Assembly: GCA_965243395.1 (NCBI GenBank)
Contig: CBDEUS010000001.1
Location: 1,184,001 to 1,248,000 of the forward strand
Direction: 5' to 3'
Source of the DNA: Gammaproteobacteria bacterium
GTDB lineage: Bacteria; Pseudomonadota; Gammaproteobacteria; UBA4575
DNA length: 64,000 nt
Each line of letters begins with the position of its first letter. Positions within the stretch are counted from its first letter, which is position 1. Positions 18,124-27,991 of the stretch are shown here, in pieces. The notes beneath the pieces were generated by a model. The model was not told where the DNA came from and did no database searches. It saw only the letters and a program-made list of their open reading frames with translations. Position numbers and translations under genes: made by a program.

Positions 18124-18360
18124 ATGCATGCATTTGTAACCATTTTATTTGCTGTCGTAACAGCATTTCTAGTTGCTGGAATACTTGCACTTATCAAAAT
18201 AGGTTCAAGTGCACTTTTGCGATTTGTTGACAAAAGATGGAAATCAACCGGAGTGATAATACTTATTTTATGTTGGGTATTATTATTACCTGTTATGGTT
18301 TTAGTAAGTATTGTTGTTGGATTCTATTTATACCTTACTGTTAAACCATCTTACGTTTAG
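18124..18360 (+). CDS. Small hydrophobic hypothetical protein
   Basis: 78 aa with 2-3 TM segments; no clear RBS. Confidence 0.5.
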   Translation: MHAFVTILFAVVTAFLVAGILALIKIGSSALLRFVDKRWKSTGVIILILCWVLLLPVMVLVSIVVGFYLYLTVKPSYV

Positions 18361-18397
18361 CGTCCTTAGCACTTTTTTAGTATTTATTATTCGCTGT

Positions 18398-18784
18398 CTA
18401 TAACGAGTCAAAATCATGCACTCTAATTTTTTTTGATAATGGCTTTATTATGTTTTTTACTGTTTCTTTATGTTTTGGATGAATTAAATATCGATTCATA
18501 GCTTTTGTATCATCGAAAATCATATATATACCGATATCAAAACTATCATCAACAATCTTTCGATCACTCGAAATTGACTCTCCTACCCGAAGTTGTTTGA
18601 GTTCTTTAATTTCCTTTAATTGCTGGGTTGCTTCTATTATTTTTTGAACATGCTGTTCATTTTGAGGCTCCTTCAACCACACTAATACAATATGCACAAC
18701 CTGAGTATCTGAAGTACTATTTAACAACGATGAGCACGCTGCCAGACTTAAAATAAAAATCAAAAGTATCGAAGTACGTAACAT
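18398..18784 (-). CDS. Dabb (stress-responsive alpha/beta barrel) lipoprotein
   Basis: VVHIVLVWLK, DDSFDIG, YLIHPKH, VHDF; lipobox LAAC; ATG at 18784 overlaps the pdsS stop (TAATG). Confidence 0.82.
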   Translation of the reverse strand: MLRTSILLIFILSLAACSSLLNSTSDTQVVHIVLVWLKEPQNEQHVQKIIEATQQLKEIKELKQLRVGESISSDRKIVDDSFDIGIYMIFDDTKAMNRYLIHPKHKETVKNIIKPLSKKIRVHDFDSL

Positions 18785-20970
18785 TAAATCGTTTTTGTAG
18801 AAGATGAAACTGGTAACCATATAGAAGCAATCACCCCAGTTTTATTAAAATTATTTTCAATTGTGATATACCCTTGATGAAACTCGGCGATTATACGAGC
18901 AATATATAAACCAATACCTAGGTGGGTCTCCCGTTGCTTGTTTTGTTCTCGTACTGAAACCATTGATTCAAAAAGTCTCCCTTGCATTTCATCCGTAAGT
19001 AATGGGCCTATATTTTCTATAGTTAACTTTGCCTGCCCCATTTCTTTGCTAAGAGCAATATTTATTTCATCTTCTTGTGAACTAAATTCGACCGCATTAG
19101 CAACCACTTTATCTATTAGCTGCGCAATATTCTCTGGTACGCCATTTACTTGCAGGTCAATATTACATATATCTGTCGAAAATAAATTTTCACCATATGC
19201 AGATCGATAACCTGCTATACATCCATTTACTAATTCGGTTAAATTAAACAACTCTTTCTCACTTGACTGTAGCGAATACTCTAATTGTGTCGCTTCACTC
19301 ATATTAGTAAGAATAGTGTTCAATCGTTTAATACCTTCTTGCGCACGTTCCATATAGACTTTAGCTTCTTTATCATGTTCTAGCATTGCTAAATTATCTA
19401 AGGAAGAACGAACGACTGTAACTGGGGTGCGAAATTCATGCGAAAGACGCGACGTCATATTTTCCAAGTAACTATTATATTGTCCTAAACGACTAACGAT
19501 ATTGGAAAAACTTCTAGATAAATCACCGATCTCATCCTGTACGGTTGAACCTTTGAAGCTTGTATGAATTCTGCCCTGCTCATCAATTGCCTGTTCAGCT
19601 TGTGTGCGTAATTTACGAATACGGTAAGAAATTCGAGACGCAAATAAAAATAAGGCTAATGTGCTAACTAGCATTACTGCCAAAATAACTGTAAACAACT
19701 TTTCCAATGCTTTATTTCGTATTGTGCGAATTCCATTTGTAGTTTCTTCTGCAACCACAACACCCATTACATTTTCATCCACCCAAATAGGATGTGCTGC
19801 AGACAATACGACAGCTTTTTTATCTGGTGTTAAATACCATGAAGACTCTACCTCTCCTTCAAGAGCTGAATTGATCTGCGAACCCACAAGTTCCGTAGCT
19901 TCTTCTAGTTCATCAATAAAATCTTGTGGAGGGCGTGTAAGCAATTGATAATAAAGTGGGTGTAAATATTTTTCTTCAAGCTGTTGCAACCAGGACATAG
20001 CAGTACGCTGGGAAGCTTTCGAATCTTCTATAGTTCCTGAGGCAGAACGAATGTCGCCAATTTTTGCTAGCACACGGCGTTTGGCGTCGATTACCCAAAT
20101 CCTTGAGTTTGAGCGGGCCAGACCTTTTAAAATTTGTTCAATTTCAGGAGACGGCACTAATACCGTACCTAGTTGATCAGATCGTTGAGTATTGGAAGTA
20201 CCAACAACATTAATAGTGTTACGCGTTAGCGAATCATCTACATCATAAATAGCAAAGCCTAACTTGCTGCCAATCATCTCTAATGGAATACGAATTTCTA
20301 TATTGTAACCCTGAGGTGTTTCTTTCCAATTACCTTGTATTTTATTTTCAGGACGTAATGGATATACGCTCCCTTCATCAGGTTCTGTAAGGAAAGCATT
20401 TACCCATCCTGGATTTTCATTTGAAATGATAAAGCGCTGAAATTGATTCTCTTTATCAAGAAAAGCTATATGCAAAGCATCATTACGATGCACATTAAAA
20501 GTATTTGCACTTTTATATACAATGTAATCATCGACCACTTCAAACATCACATATAAAAAGTTTTCGTACTTAACCACCATGTGATTAAAACTAAGTGATT
20601 TGGGTTTATAACTTTCTCTATTTTCTATTACAAAATCATTGCCATAAAATTGAGGTTGATATTGAAAGTTTTGCCATTCTTGCAAGTCCCCGTCTAATTG
20701 GATTGGAGTAGTAACATCAATAGCATATAAGTCTTTACCTTGGCGTACATCGCTTAAAAAACTTGCTTGTAAATTAAATAAATTAGGACGCTCGTGTAAT
20801 GCTGTTGCTGCTGCGCTTACAGTCCCCACTAATGTTTGTTCTTGCCCTTTACGCAAGTATTTTTCCATCTCCCAGACATATTTGTAACCCAACCATGGAA
20901 TAGCAAATAAAAAACTGGAAAGAAAAACCAGCTTTAGACGTAAGCCAAAACGAGGCTTTGGAAATTTCAT
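18784..20970 (-). CDS. pdsS: Proteobacterial dedicated sortase system histidine kinase
   Basis: GLRLKLVFLSSFLFAIPWLGY.YVWEME.YLR.GQEQTL..ATALHERP N-terminus, HAMP, RLSHEFRTP H-box, HLGIGLYI. Confidence 0.9.
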   Translation of the reverse strand: MKFPKPRFGLRLKLVFLSSFLFAIPWLGYKYVWEMEKYLRKGQEQTLVGTVSAAATALHERPNLFNLQASFLSDVRQGKDLYAIDVTTPIQLDGDLQEWQNFQYQPQFYGNDFVIENRESYKPKSLSFNHMVVKYENFLYVMFEVVDDYIVYKSANTFNVHRNDALHIAFLDKENQFQRFIISNENPGWVNAFLTEPDEGSVYPLRPENKIQGNWKETPQGYNIEIRIPLEMIGSKLGFAIYDVDDSLTRNTINVVGTSNTQRSDQLGTVLVPSPEIEQILKGLARSNSRIWVIDAKRRVLAKIGDIRSASGTIEDSKASQRTAMSWLQQLEEKYLHPLYYQLLTRPPQDFIDELEEATELVGSQINSALEGEVESSWYLTPDKKAVVLSAAHPIWVDENVMGVVVAEETTNGIRTIRNKALEKLFTVILAVMLVSTLALFLFASRISYRIRKLRTQAEQAIDEQGRIHTSFKGSTVQDEIGDLSRSFSNIVSRLGQYNSYLENMTSRLSHEFRTPVTVVRSSLDNLAMLEHDKEAKVYMERAQEGIKRLNTILTNMSEATQLEYSLQSSEKELFNLTELVNGCIAGYRSAYGENLFSTDICNIDLQVNGVPENIAQLIDKVVANAVEFSSQEDEINIALSKEMGQAKLTIENIGPLLTDEMQGRLFESMVSVREQNKQRETHLGIGLYIARIIAEFHQGYITIENNFNKTGVIASIWLPVSSSTKTI

Positions 20971-20975
20971 GAATA

Positions 20976-21674
20976 TTAGTTGGTACTGTTGTTCCAGCGA
21001 TATCCCATACCATATACCGTTTCAATACAATCGAATGTTGCATCAATTTGTATAAATTTTTTACGAATACGTTTGATATGGGAAGTTATAGTACTGTCAT
21101 CAACCACCATTTGGGATTCCTGCATTAGTTGTTGCCGGTTCTTTACATGCCCAATATATTTTGCCAATGCATGCACCATCCAAAACTCAGTAACAGTTAG
21201 GTCTACCTTCTGATCTTTCCACTTTGCAACCATACGTTGCGAATCCATGGTTAAATCTCCTTGCTGTAGCTCCGCTTGATCTGAAACAGGTTCACGCATC
21301 GCATCTGAACGACGAAATAATGCAGCAATACGTGCTAGTAAATGTGGGAGACTAATATCCTTAGTTAAGTAATCATCTGCCCCAATGCGTAAACCGCTCA
21401 CCGTATCTACATCACTATCACGCGCAGTTAAAAATATAATAGGTAAAGCTTCAGACATCGAACGTAACGAATGGCACAATGTAAATCCTCCATCTACTTC
21501 ATCCTCCAAACCAATATCAATAATGGCTAAATCAGGCAAACGCTGCTCAAAAACGGCCATCGCATCTTTTCTATTTGCAAAAGTTTGTACAGTGTAACCT
21601 TGCTTACGCAGCACATCTGCATAATTCTCCCGCAGCGCATATTCATCTTCTATTACAGCTACTCGGCGGCTCAT
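20976..21674 (-). CDS. pdsR: Proteobacterial dedicated sortase system response regulator (OmpR family)
   Basis: PDLAIIDIGL..DGGF.LC, DDYLTKDISLPHL.ARI, LTVTEFWMVHALA, DDSTITSHIKRIR. Confidence 0.92.
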   Translation of the reverse strand: MSRRVAVIEDEYALRENYADVLRKQGYTVQTFANRKDAMAVFEQRLPDLAIIDIGLEDEVDGGFTLCHSLRSMSEALPIIFLTARDSDVDTVSGLRIGADDYLTKDISLPHLLARIAALFRRSDAMREPVSDQAELQQGDLTMDSQRMVAKWKDQKVDLTVTEFWMVHALAKYIGHVKNRQQLMQESQMVVDDSTITSHIKRIRKKFIQIDATFDCIETVYGMGYRWNNSTN

Positions 21675-21759
21675 GAGGATACTTATATATGTGTATATCG
21701 ATATGTTTATAGCTAAAACTATACGGATTAATAGCCTGATAGCCAGGGTGCAGACCAGA

Positions 21760-21808
21760 TTGCCTTTTTGTTGACATATTTAAACAGCAAATTGCCCATT
21801 TTCTCGCC
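21760..21808. promoter_or_regulatory. TTGCC-like direct repeats, candidate PdsR sites
   Basis: TTGCC (21760), TTGAC (21771), TTGCC (21792), TCGCC (21804): roughly helical-turn phasing as for OmpR-family sites. Assignment to PdsR is inference. Confidence 0.45.
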
Positions 21809-21871
21809 CAAAAACGTCATAGACGTTTTATTTAATGGTCTCAACGCAACTTAATCTACATGAGGCTATAT

Positions 21872-22678
21872 ATGAAATATACCTACACAAAGACTATTCT
21901 AACGACTGCTTTAATACTATTTGTGACACCCCTTTTCGCTAACAACCCCATTGATGAAAAAAAAATCAGTCATACTGAACAAGGCGTAGGCCTAGGAGCT
22001 GGATCAATCGCAGGTGGTTTAATTGCAGGCCCGGTTGGCATAGTAACCGGTGCTGTTATCGGTAGTTTAGTTGGTCAAAATGTTGCTGATGAAAACGCGA
22101 AACAAAAACTGTCTCAATCAAATACCGAATTAAGTAACAAATTAACTATATCATCAAAAAAAATAAAGACGTTTGAAGAAACTTCCTCACAGCATACTGC
22201 TTCTCTAAATGACGCACATCGTACTATTGAGAAATTGCTCACTCAAAATCAGGAACTTAAAAACCACGCATTAAACTTTGATGTGCAGTTTAGAACTGAT
22301 TCATTCTTAATCGAAGACCAATATCAAGAATATTTAATTGATTTAGCAAATGCACTCAATGAAACACCTAATATAGAGCTTGAAGTTGCAGGATTCGCCG
22401 ATCGGATGGGTGACGAAGAATATAATATGGAATTATCAGATAAGCGTGCACAACGAGTCAAAGAATTTCTAATACAACAAGGTATTAAAGAAGAACGGAT
22501 TACTACTCTGGCATTTGGCGAAACTCAACCACTGCATGCAGAAGAAAGTTTAGAAAATAACTTTTTTGACAGACGCGTAACAGTCTATTTAAGACCCATT
22601 GAAATCAGCACAAAAAATATTTCTCAAGAAATTAAAGTATTGGAAGATGAGCTTTCTGTTGCTGCTAATGAAAAATAG
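21872..22678 (+). CDS. pdsO: Sortase-associated OmpA-like protein
   Basis: Signal peptide, glycine zipper (GLGAGSIAGGLIAGPVG), coiled coil, OmpA C-domain (VQFRTDS, GFADRMG, YNMELSDKRA, FFDRRV); divergent from pdsR. Confidence 0.88.
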   Translation: MKYTYTKTILTTALILFVTPLFANNPIDEKKISHTEQGVGLGAGSIAGGLIAGPVGIVTGAVIGSLVGQNVADENAKQKLSQSNTELSNKLTISSKKIKTFEETSSQHTASLNDAHRTIEKLLTQNQELKNHALNFDVQFRTDSFLIEDQYQEYLIDLANALNETPNIELEVAGFADRMGDEEYNMELSDKRAQRVKEFLIQQGIKEERITTLAFGETQPLHAEESLENNFFDRRVTVYLRPIEISTKNISQEIKVLEDELSVAANEK

Positions 22679-22806
22679 ACTGAGAGAGTTGACATTTACG
22701 AGGTCAGATAAAGATGAATAAACTCAAAAACTACACTTACACCTAAATTTTGCTTACAAATGCAAGTTGCTCCATATCAATCTCTTTTTCTTCATACTCC
22801 TCCATT

Positions 22807-22831
22807 AGGCGATCTTCGGGTCGCCTTTTTT
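22807..22831 (+). terminator. Intrinsic terminator downstream of pdsO
   Basis: AGGCGATC-TTCG-GGTCGCCT followed by a T run. Confidence 0.88.
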
Positions 22832-22852
22832 ATTATATATTTTGAAATCAAA

Positions 22853-23812
22853 TCAGGCTGCTTGATTACTGTCTGCGCCGCTTAATTCAAGTGTCATTTT
22901 AGCCATTTCTGCTACCGTCTCAAGAATATCTGGATCATCAATTTCTACATCAAACAAGTTTGCAGTTTCTAAAAATTCTTTAGTTACCGTACCAATTAAA
23001 TTCATAAAATCTAAAATATCAATACCAAACTCTTTTTCTGCACGATCTGCTTCCTTTAAATAGCCTTCATCAGTATGATCAAAACAAATACAATCTGCCA
23101 AAATACCCGCAAATGCCACACACTTTGCAGCTTCTTTATTATCGTCGTCAATAAAATCTAAAGCACTACCATGACTCGTTTCAACCAGTTGAGTGATTTT
23201 TTCTGGGATGTCCCACTTATTTAATAGCCACGCACCTACTACGGCATGATCAAAACCTAGTTTACTCTTCTCAAAGGCAATCAAGCTCTCATGATCCTGC
23301 TGTTTATCTTTTATTCCTGAATATAAATCAGGATGAACTTTATCTAATGCAAGCATACCAATATCTTGCAATAAGCCTGGGAGAAATAATTCTTCCTTTT
23401 TCGCATAACCCGTGGCGCCCGCTAAACAGCGACATGCTACTGCAGAGGCTAAAGAACGCTTCCAAAAATAACTATAATCAAGCCCGTCCCCATTATCATT
23501 TAAGTTCCCGACTAGTGAGAAGCTAAGCGCTAAATTCAACGTTCCTTCCCAACCAAACATTACTACTGCCTGTTGTATATTTTCAGTTTTAGCTCGTCGC
23601 GCATATAAAGATGAATTTGCAATACGTAAGATTTTTGCTGTCAGGGCTGGGTCGAAACTAACGATTTCTGCAAGTGTATCAATATCTGAATTAGCATTAG
23701 AACTAAGATGTATGATTTGATCAGCAACACCTGGAGGACTTGGTAAATCTCCACATTCTTCTAATAAGCTAAACGTTTCACTATCCATTAAATCTTGTAA
23801 ACATAAATCCAT
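22853..23812 (-). CDS. Stand-alone HDOD-domain protein
   Basis: LPSPP, DPALTAKILRIANS, GLLQDIGML, DHAVVGAWLL..W; no output domain. Confidence 0.9.
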   Translation of the reverse strand: MDLCLQDLMDSETFSLLEECGDLPSPPGVADQIIHLSSNANSDIDTLAEIVSFDPALTAKILRIANSSLYARRAKTENIQQAVVMFGWEGTLNLALSFSLVGNLNDNGDGLDYSYFWKRSLASAVACRCLAGATGYAKKEELFLPGLLQDIGMLALDKVHPDLYSGIKDKQQDHESLIAFEKSKLGFDHAVVGAWLLNKWDIPEKITQLVETSHGSALDFIDDDNKEAAKCVAFAGILADCICFDHTDEGYLKEADRAEKEFGIDILDFMNLIGTVTKEFLETANLFDVEIDDPDILETVAEMAKMTLELSGADSNQAA

Positions 23813-23836
23813 AATTTATTTCCGTATAGTCTTTGA

Positions 23837-25378
23837 TTACCCAGTCGCTACCTGAACAGGATTTTGTTGCTGACAGACTTTGTATTGATTACGTCCACTT
23901 TGCTTCGCATCATACAAACTTTCATCTGCTGCTTTAAGCAAGTCGCTATAACTTTCATATAAATGTCCCTCACTGTGAATAGCAATACCAGCAGAAGCAG
24001 TTATAGCTATACTTTTCTTTTGAATATGTTCAAATTTATTTTCATTAAAAGATTTGATAATTCGTTCTGAGAGACTAAGTGCCCCCTCTATACCTGAGTT
24101 AGGTAGTAAAATTACAAACTCTTCTCCTCCATAACGAAAAATTAAATCTGTATCACGTATACAAGTCTTCAATAACTCTACTGAATATTTTAAAACTTCA
24201 TCGCCACAATCATGTCCGTAAGAATCATTTATGTTTTTAAAATGATCTAGGTCAACCATGACAAGAGAAAGTGGATAATTTCCTTTATTTGATAATTCAA
24301 ATTCACGCTCTAAGGAAATTTCAAGATATCCACGATTATAAATTTTTGTAAGAGCATCTATTTTCGCTGAATCTTCTAGTTTTTTAGCCTTTGACTCTAA
24401 ATATTCTGCTTCTTGATGCAATTCTTCTGCTGTTTTCAATGTCTCCATACTGCGCAATAACAACAACTCTTTTGCCTGCTCAGCAATACAATTTAATATT
24501 CTTGGGTCACCGACATCTAATTCAAAAATTGCTGCAGTATCCTGAATTTCATCTACAATAGCTCCTAAATTATCTAAAAACGCATTTTCATTCATACCAA
24601 GTAAGTTCTGACATACTTGAGCAGCATAATGATAATCTTTTTTTTCTTCGTCACTACATATACAGTCTGCAATTACGTTTGACGTTTCAATACAATTCTC
24701 TGCAGGTGTGGTATTCCCTATTTTTTTATATCTTTCCTCATGATGACTAATCGCGACCAAATCAATAATTCTTTGAGGTAAATTCCAACGTTCTAGTAAC
24801 CACGCACCAACAGACGCATGATCAATTCCTAACATCTCATGCTCAATTTGTTGAACGACTTTATGCTGATGCTGGTCATTGCCAATTTCACTATATAGTT
24901 CAGGCACAGCTTTATCTAATGCAAGCATTCCCACATCTTGCAACAAGCCTGGCAAGAAAAGATCCTCTTTTTTGCTATCAATACCCATAACTCTTGCTAA
25001 ATGCTTTGCCGTTACTGCTGCCGAAATAGAACGCTTCCAAAAGAAGTTGTAATCCAGTCCATTTTTTGAAACTGGATCAATTTTTGAAACTAATGAAAAA
25101 CTTAAGGCAAGATTTAGAGTGCCATTCCAACCGAACATCATCACAGCTTGCTCAAGTGACTCTACTTTGGCATGTCTCGCATACATGGGTGAATTTGCCA
25201 TGCGAAGTACTTTCACAGTCAGGGCAGGATCAAGACTAACCACCTCAGCTAGTACTGAAATGTTGCTAGTAGCATCGGTGCTTAAGCCAATAATTTGCTC
25301 AGCCACGCCTGGAGGTGTGGGCAAATCTCTACAACGTTCTAAACGAACTACTAAATCTTGGTTTTCGAGTAATGTCAC
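23837..25378 (-). CDS. HDOD-GGDEF diguanylate cyclase
   Basis: HDOD, coiled coil, DALT..NR, DLDHFKNIND.YGH, I-site RDTD, intact RYGGEEF; GTG start. Confidence 0.93.
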   Translation of the reverse strand: MTLLENQDLVVRLERCRDLPTPPGVAEQIIGLSTDATSNISVLAEVVSLDPALTVKVLRMANSPMYARHAKVESLEQAVMMFGWNGTLNLALSFSLVSKIDPVSKNGLDYNFFWKRSISAAVTAKHLARVMGIDSKKEDLFLPGLLQDVGMLALDKAVPELYSEIGNDQHQHKVVQQIEHEMLGIDHASVGAWLLERWNLPQRIIDLVAISHHEERYKKIGNTTPAENCIETSNVIADCICSDEEKKDYHYAAQVCQNLLGMNENAFLDNLGAIVDEIQDTAAIFELDVGDPRILNCIAEQAKELLLLRSMETLKTAEELHQEAEYLESKAKKLEDSAKIDALTKIYNRGYLEISLEREFELSNKGNYPLSLVMVDLDHFKNINDSYGHDCGDEVLKYSVELLKTCIRDTDLIFRYGGEEFVILLPNSGIEGALSLSERIIKSFNENKFEHIQKKSIAITASAGIAIHSEGHLYESYSDLLKAADESLYDAKQSGRNQYKVCQQQNPVQVATG

Positions 25379-25445
25379 GGTTATCCTTATTTCTTGCGAC
25401 TTTATCCTACATACAACGAGCAGTTTCTTGATTCACTTCATTAAG

Positions 25446-25471
25446 TTAACGGTCAAATTGGGGAATTCTTG
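25446..25471 (-). promoter_or_regulatory. Possible sigma28 promoter for HDOD-GGDEF
   Basis: TCAA-N14-ACCGTTAA; spacer one base shorter than consensus. Confidence 0.35.
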
Positions 25472-25487
25472 AGTTATGCAGTGTCAT

Positions 25488-27980
25488 TTAAGTCACTCTT
25501 TCTGGCTTTCCTATACCATAGCCTTGGGCATAATCTATGCCTATATCCTTGAGAATATCTAATATCTCGTTACTCTCAACAAACTCTGCGATTGTCTGCA
25601 TACCCATCACTTTCGCCACCTCATTTATGGAACGTACAATCGCACGATCTTTCTCATTTTTGACCATATTTTTTACAAATGCCCCATCAATTTTAAGAAA
25701 ATCGACGGGAAGATCTTTTAAATAACCAAATGATGAAAGCCCACTACCAAAATCATCTAGTGCAAACTTAACACCAATTTCTTTAAGCTCTGTAATCACA
25801 TTAATTGCTTTCGTAATACTAGATATTGCAGCAGTTTCAGTAATCTCAAAACAAACATGACTTGGGTCTAGTTTTGTTTTTTCTAATTCTCTTTTTATGA
25901 AATCTAAAATATATGGATCACTTATAGTATTTCCAGATAAATTTATAGAAATAACAACATCACTATCACTATAAGCTTGCATGTGATACTGAAATGCTTT
26001 CTTAATTACAAAACGATCTACCCCAGCAATCATTCCATATCGTTCTGCTACACGTATAAACTCATTTGGAGGTATAATGTTGTCTTTTACATCTAGAATC
26101 CGAGACAACACCTCATAATGAGGGATATCTTTCTCCTCATTAGTAACTGAAATAATTGGCTGACTCATTAAAAAAAGTCGATCATTATTAAGTGCATCTG
26201 TAATTGCACTTACATAAGCAAATTCAGAAGATCTTTCTATTATTGCTGTGTCATCAGTATGAGCAACATGCATTTGATTACGTCCAAGTTCTTTCGCGCG
26301 GTAACAAGCCATATCAGCTTGACTCATAATCATTGCTTCATTGGCTGAATTATCCGTTATCATCGCTATACCAATGCTTACACCTATTTTAAAACTTTGC
26401 TTATCCCATTCGAAAACAAATTGATTAATACTTCGTTGAATTTCTTCGCAAACACTCATTGCATTATTCAGCGGGCAACTTTCTAAAATAACGCCGAATT
26501 CATCACCTCCCAAACGAGCAACAATATCCGAAGCGCGTACTTTGTCCTCAAGCATGTGAGCTAAACGAATAAGTAATTGATCACCAGCACTGTGTCCCGC
26601 CGCATCATTAACAACTTTAAAATGATCTAAATCCAAATAGCATAAAATAGAATCATCATCAGTATCTTTAGCTTTTTGAAGTACACGCTTTAACTGTCTG
26701 TCAAATTCATTTCGATTAACCAGCCCAGTTAAAGAATCATGCTTGGCGTCATATGCAATTCTTTCTAATAAAGCCTTTTCCTCTGTAATACTTCTTATAA
26801 CTCCACGATATCCCTGAAATTTCTTTTTCTTATTAAATATTGGTTTTGCATTAATTCTAAAAATATCAACTTCTTTATTTTCATTTTTGACGTTGAATGT
26901 GAAATTTGTAATATCTTCTTTTTTATTTAATATTTGCTTATATGCATCAAAGTCAAATTCGCATTTTGAATGATTAGAAAAAAGCGTATCAAAACTTTTA
27001 CCCAGAGGATAAATAGCTGATTCACCTATAAGATTTTTAATACTCCCGGAAATATATGTGTAATTAAATCTTTCATCTAATTCCCAAAATATATTTGCCG
27101 CAGTTTCAGCGAAATCTTTGAATCTTCTTTCACTCTGGATAAGTTTTTCTTTAGCTAACCTGTGTTGAGTTATATTTGTACTAACACCCAACAAATATAA
27201 TTTATCTTGTGATTCATCAATGAATGGTTGCTTAGTTGTTTGTAACCATATTTTTTTGCCATTCTTATCAGTTATTGTTTCTTCTAAAATTGTCCTTTCT
27301 TGTTTTTTCTGCATCACCATTGTATCTATCTCTATACAACTCTCTATTTTCCATGGACGGTGCTCTAGCTCATCCTCACATTTGCCAATTAGTTCATTTA
27401 CTCGATATCCATATACTTTTGCAGTGGCTTCATTGACAAAAATAAATTTTCCTGAAGCATCACGAACAGAAATTAAATTTGGAACCTTATTTACTACTTC
27501 TTCCAATAATTGCTTTTGTTCTGTAAGTTTATTAACTTGATTCTTTAGAGACGTCACATCTCTCAAATATAAATAGACCCTAGCTTCTTGTTCACTTTCT
27601 TCATCTCTATTGAGAACACAAATTGCTTCATAATGAACTTCAGAATTATCTTTTCCTGATACATTAAGATTCATTTTCTGAATTTCATTTGTATTTATAC
27701 ATTTATCTAAACATGGTTTAATGATTGCTTCGTATTGTTCTGTACCAAAAGTTTCACGTATACAGACACCTGAAAATTCCTGATATTTTTTGCCAAATTT
27801 ATTTTTATAATGATCATTAATATTGATATATCTATATTCTTCATCAAGAATAGCGGTCAAATCTGGACTTGAAAGAATGATATCCTTACACAACTCAAGC
27901 GCACTAATAGATTGGTCAGATGTATTATGGTTAATATCTTCATTATGAATAGATACAATTTTTTTAGTATTTGACTGCAT
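25488..27980 (-). CDS. PAS(x3)-GGDEF-EAL c-di-GMP cyclase/phosphodiesterase
   Basis: Three PAS-like repeats, HDSLTGLVNR, RASD..RLGGDEF, EVL, EITE, LDDFGSGLSSF, IAEFVE, YAQGY. Confidence 0.94.
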   Translation of the reverse strand: MQSNTKKIVSIHNEDINHNTSDQSISALELCKDIILSSPDLTAILDEEYRYININDHYKNKFGKKYQEFSGVCIRETFGTEQYEAIIKPCLDKCINTNEIQKMNLNVSGKDNSEVHYEAICVLNRDEESEQEARVYLYLRDVTSLKNQVNKLTEQKQLLEEVVNKVPNLISVRDASGKFIFVNEATAKVYGYRVNELIGKCEDELEHRPWKIESCIEIDTMVMQKKQERTILEETITDKNGKKIWLQTTKQPFIDESQDKLYLLGVSTNITQHRLAKEKLIQSERRFKDFAETAANIFWELDERFNYTYISGSIKNLIGESAIYPLGKSFDTLFSNHSKCEFDFDAYKQILNKKEDITNFTFNVKNENKEVDIFRINAKPIFNKKKKFQGYRGVIRSITEEKALLERIAYDAKHDSLTGLVNRNEFDRQLKRVLQKAKDTDDDSILCYLDLDHFKVVNDAAGHSAGDQLLIRLAHMLEDKVRASDIVARLGGDEFGVILESCPLNNAMSVCEEIQRSINQFVFEWDKQSFKIGVSIGIAMITDNSANEAMIMSQADMACYRAKELGRNQMHVAHTDDTAIIERSSEFAYVSAITDALNNDRLFLMSQPIISVTNEEKDIPHYEVLSRILDVKDNIIPPNEFIRVAERYGMIAGVDRFVIKKAFQYHMQAYSDSDVVISINLSGNTISDPYILDFIKRELEKTKLDPSHVCFEITETAAISSITKAINVITELKEIGVKFALDDFGSGLSSFGYLKDLPVDFLKIDGAFVKNMVKNEKDRAIVRSINEVAKVMGMQTIAEFVESNEILDILKDIGIDYAQGYGIGKPERVT

Positions 27981-27991
27981 AATTAATATCT

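Noticed and set aside
18029-18397. Integron cassette/attC interpretation of the imperfect hairpin and small ORF 18124-18360
   Set aside because: No RYYYAAC...GTTRRRY pair after the ORF, no repeated sites and no integrase.
22714-22746. Ten-codon ORF MNKLKNYTYT after pdsO
   Set aside because: Too short, no convincing RBS; resemblance to the PdsO start is probably chance.
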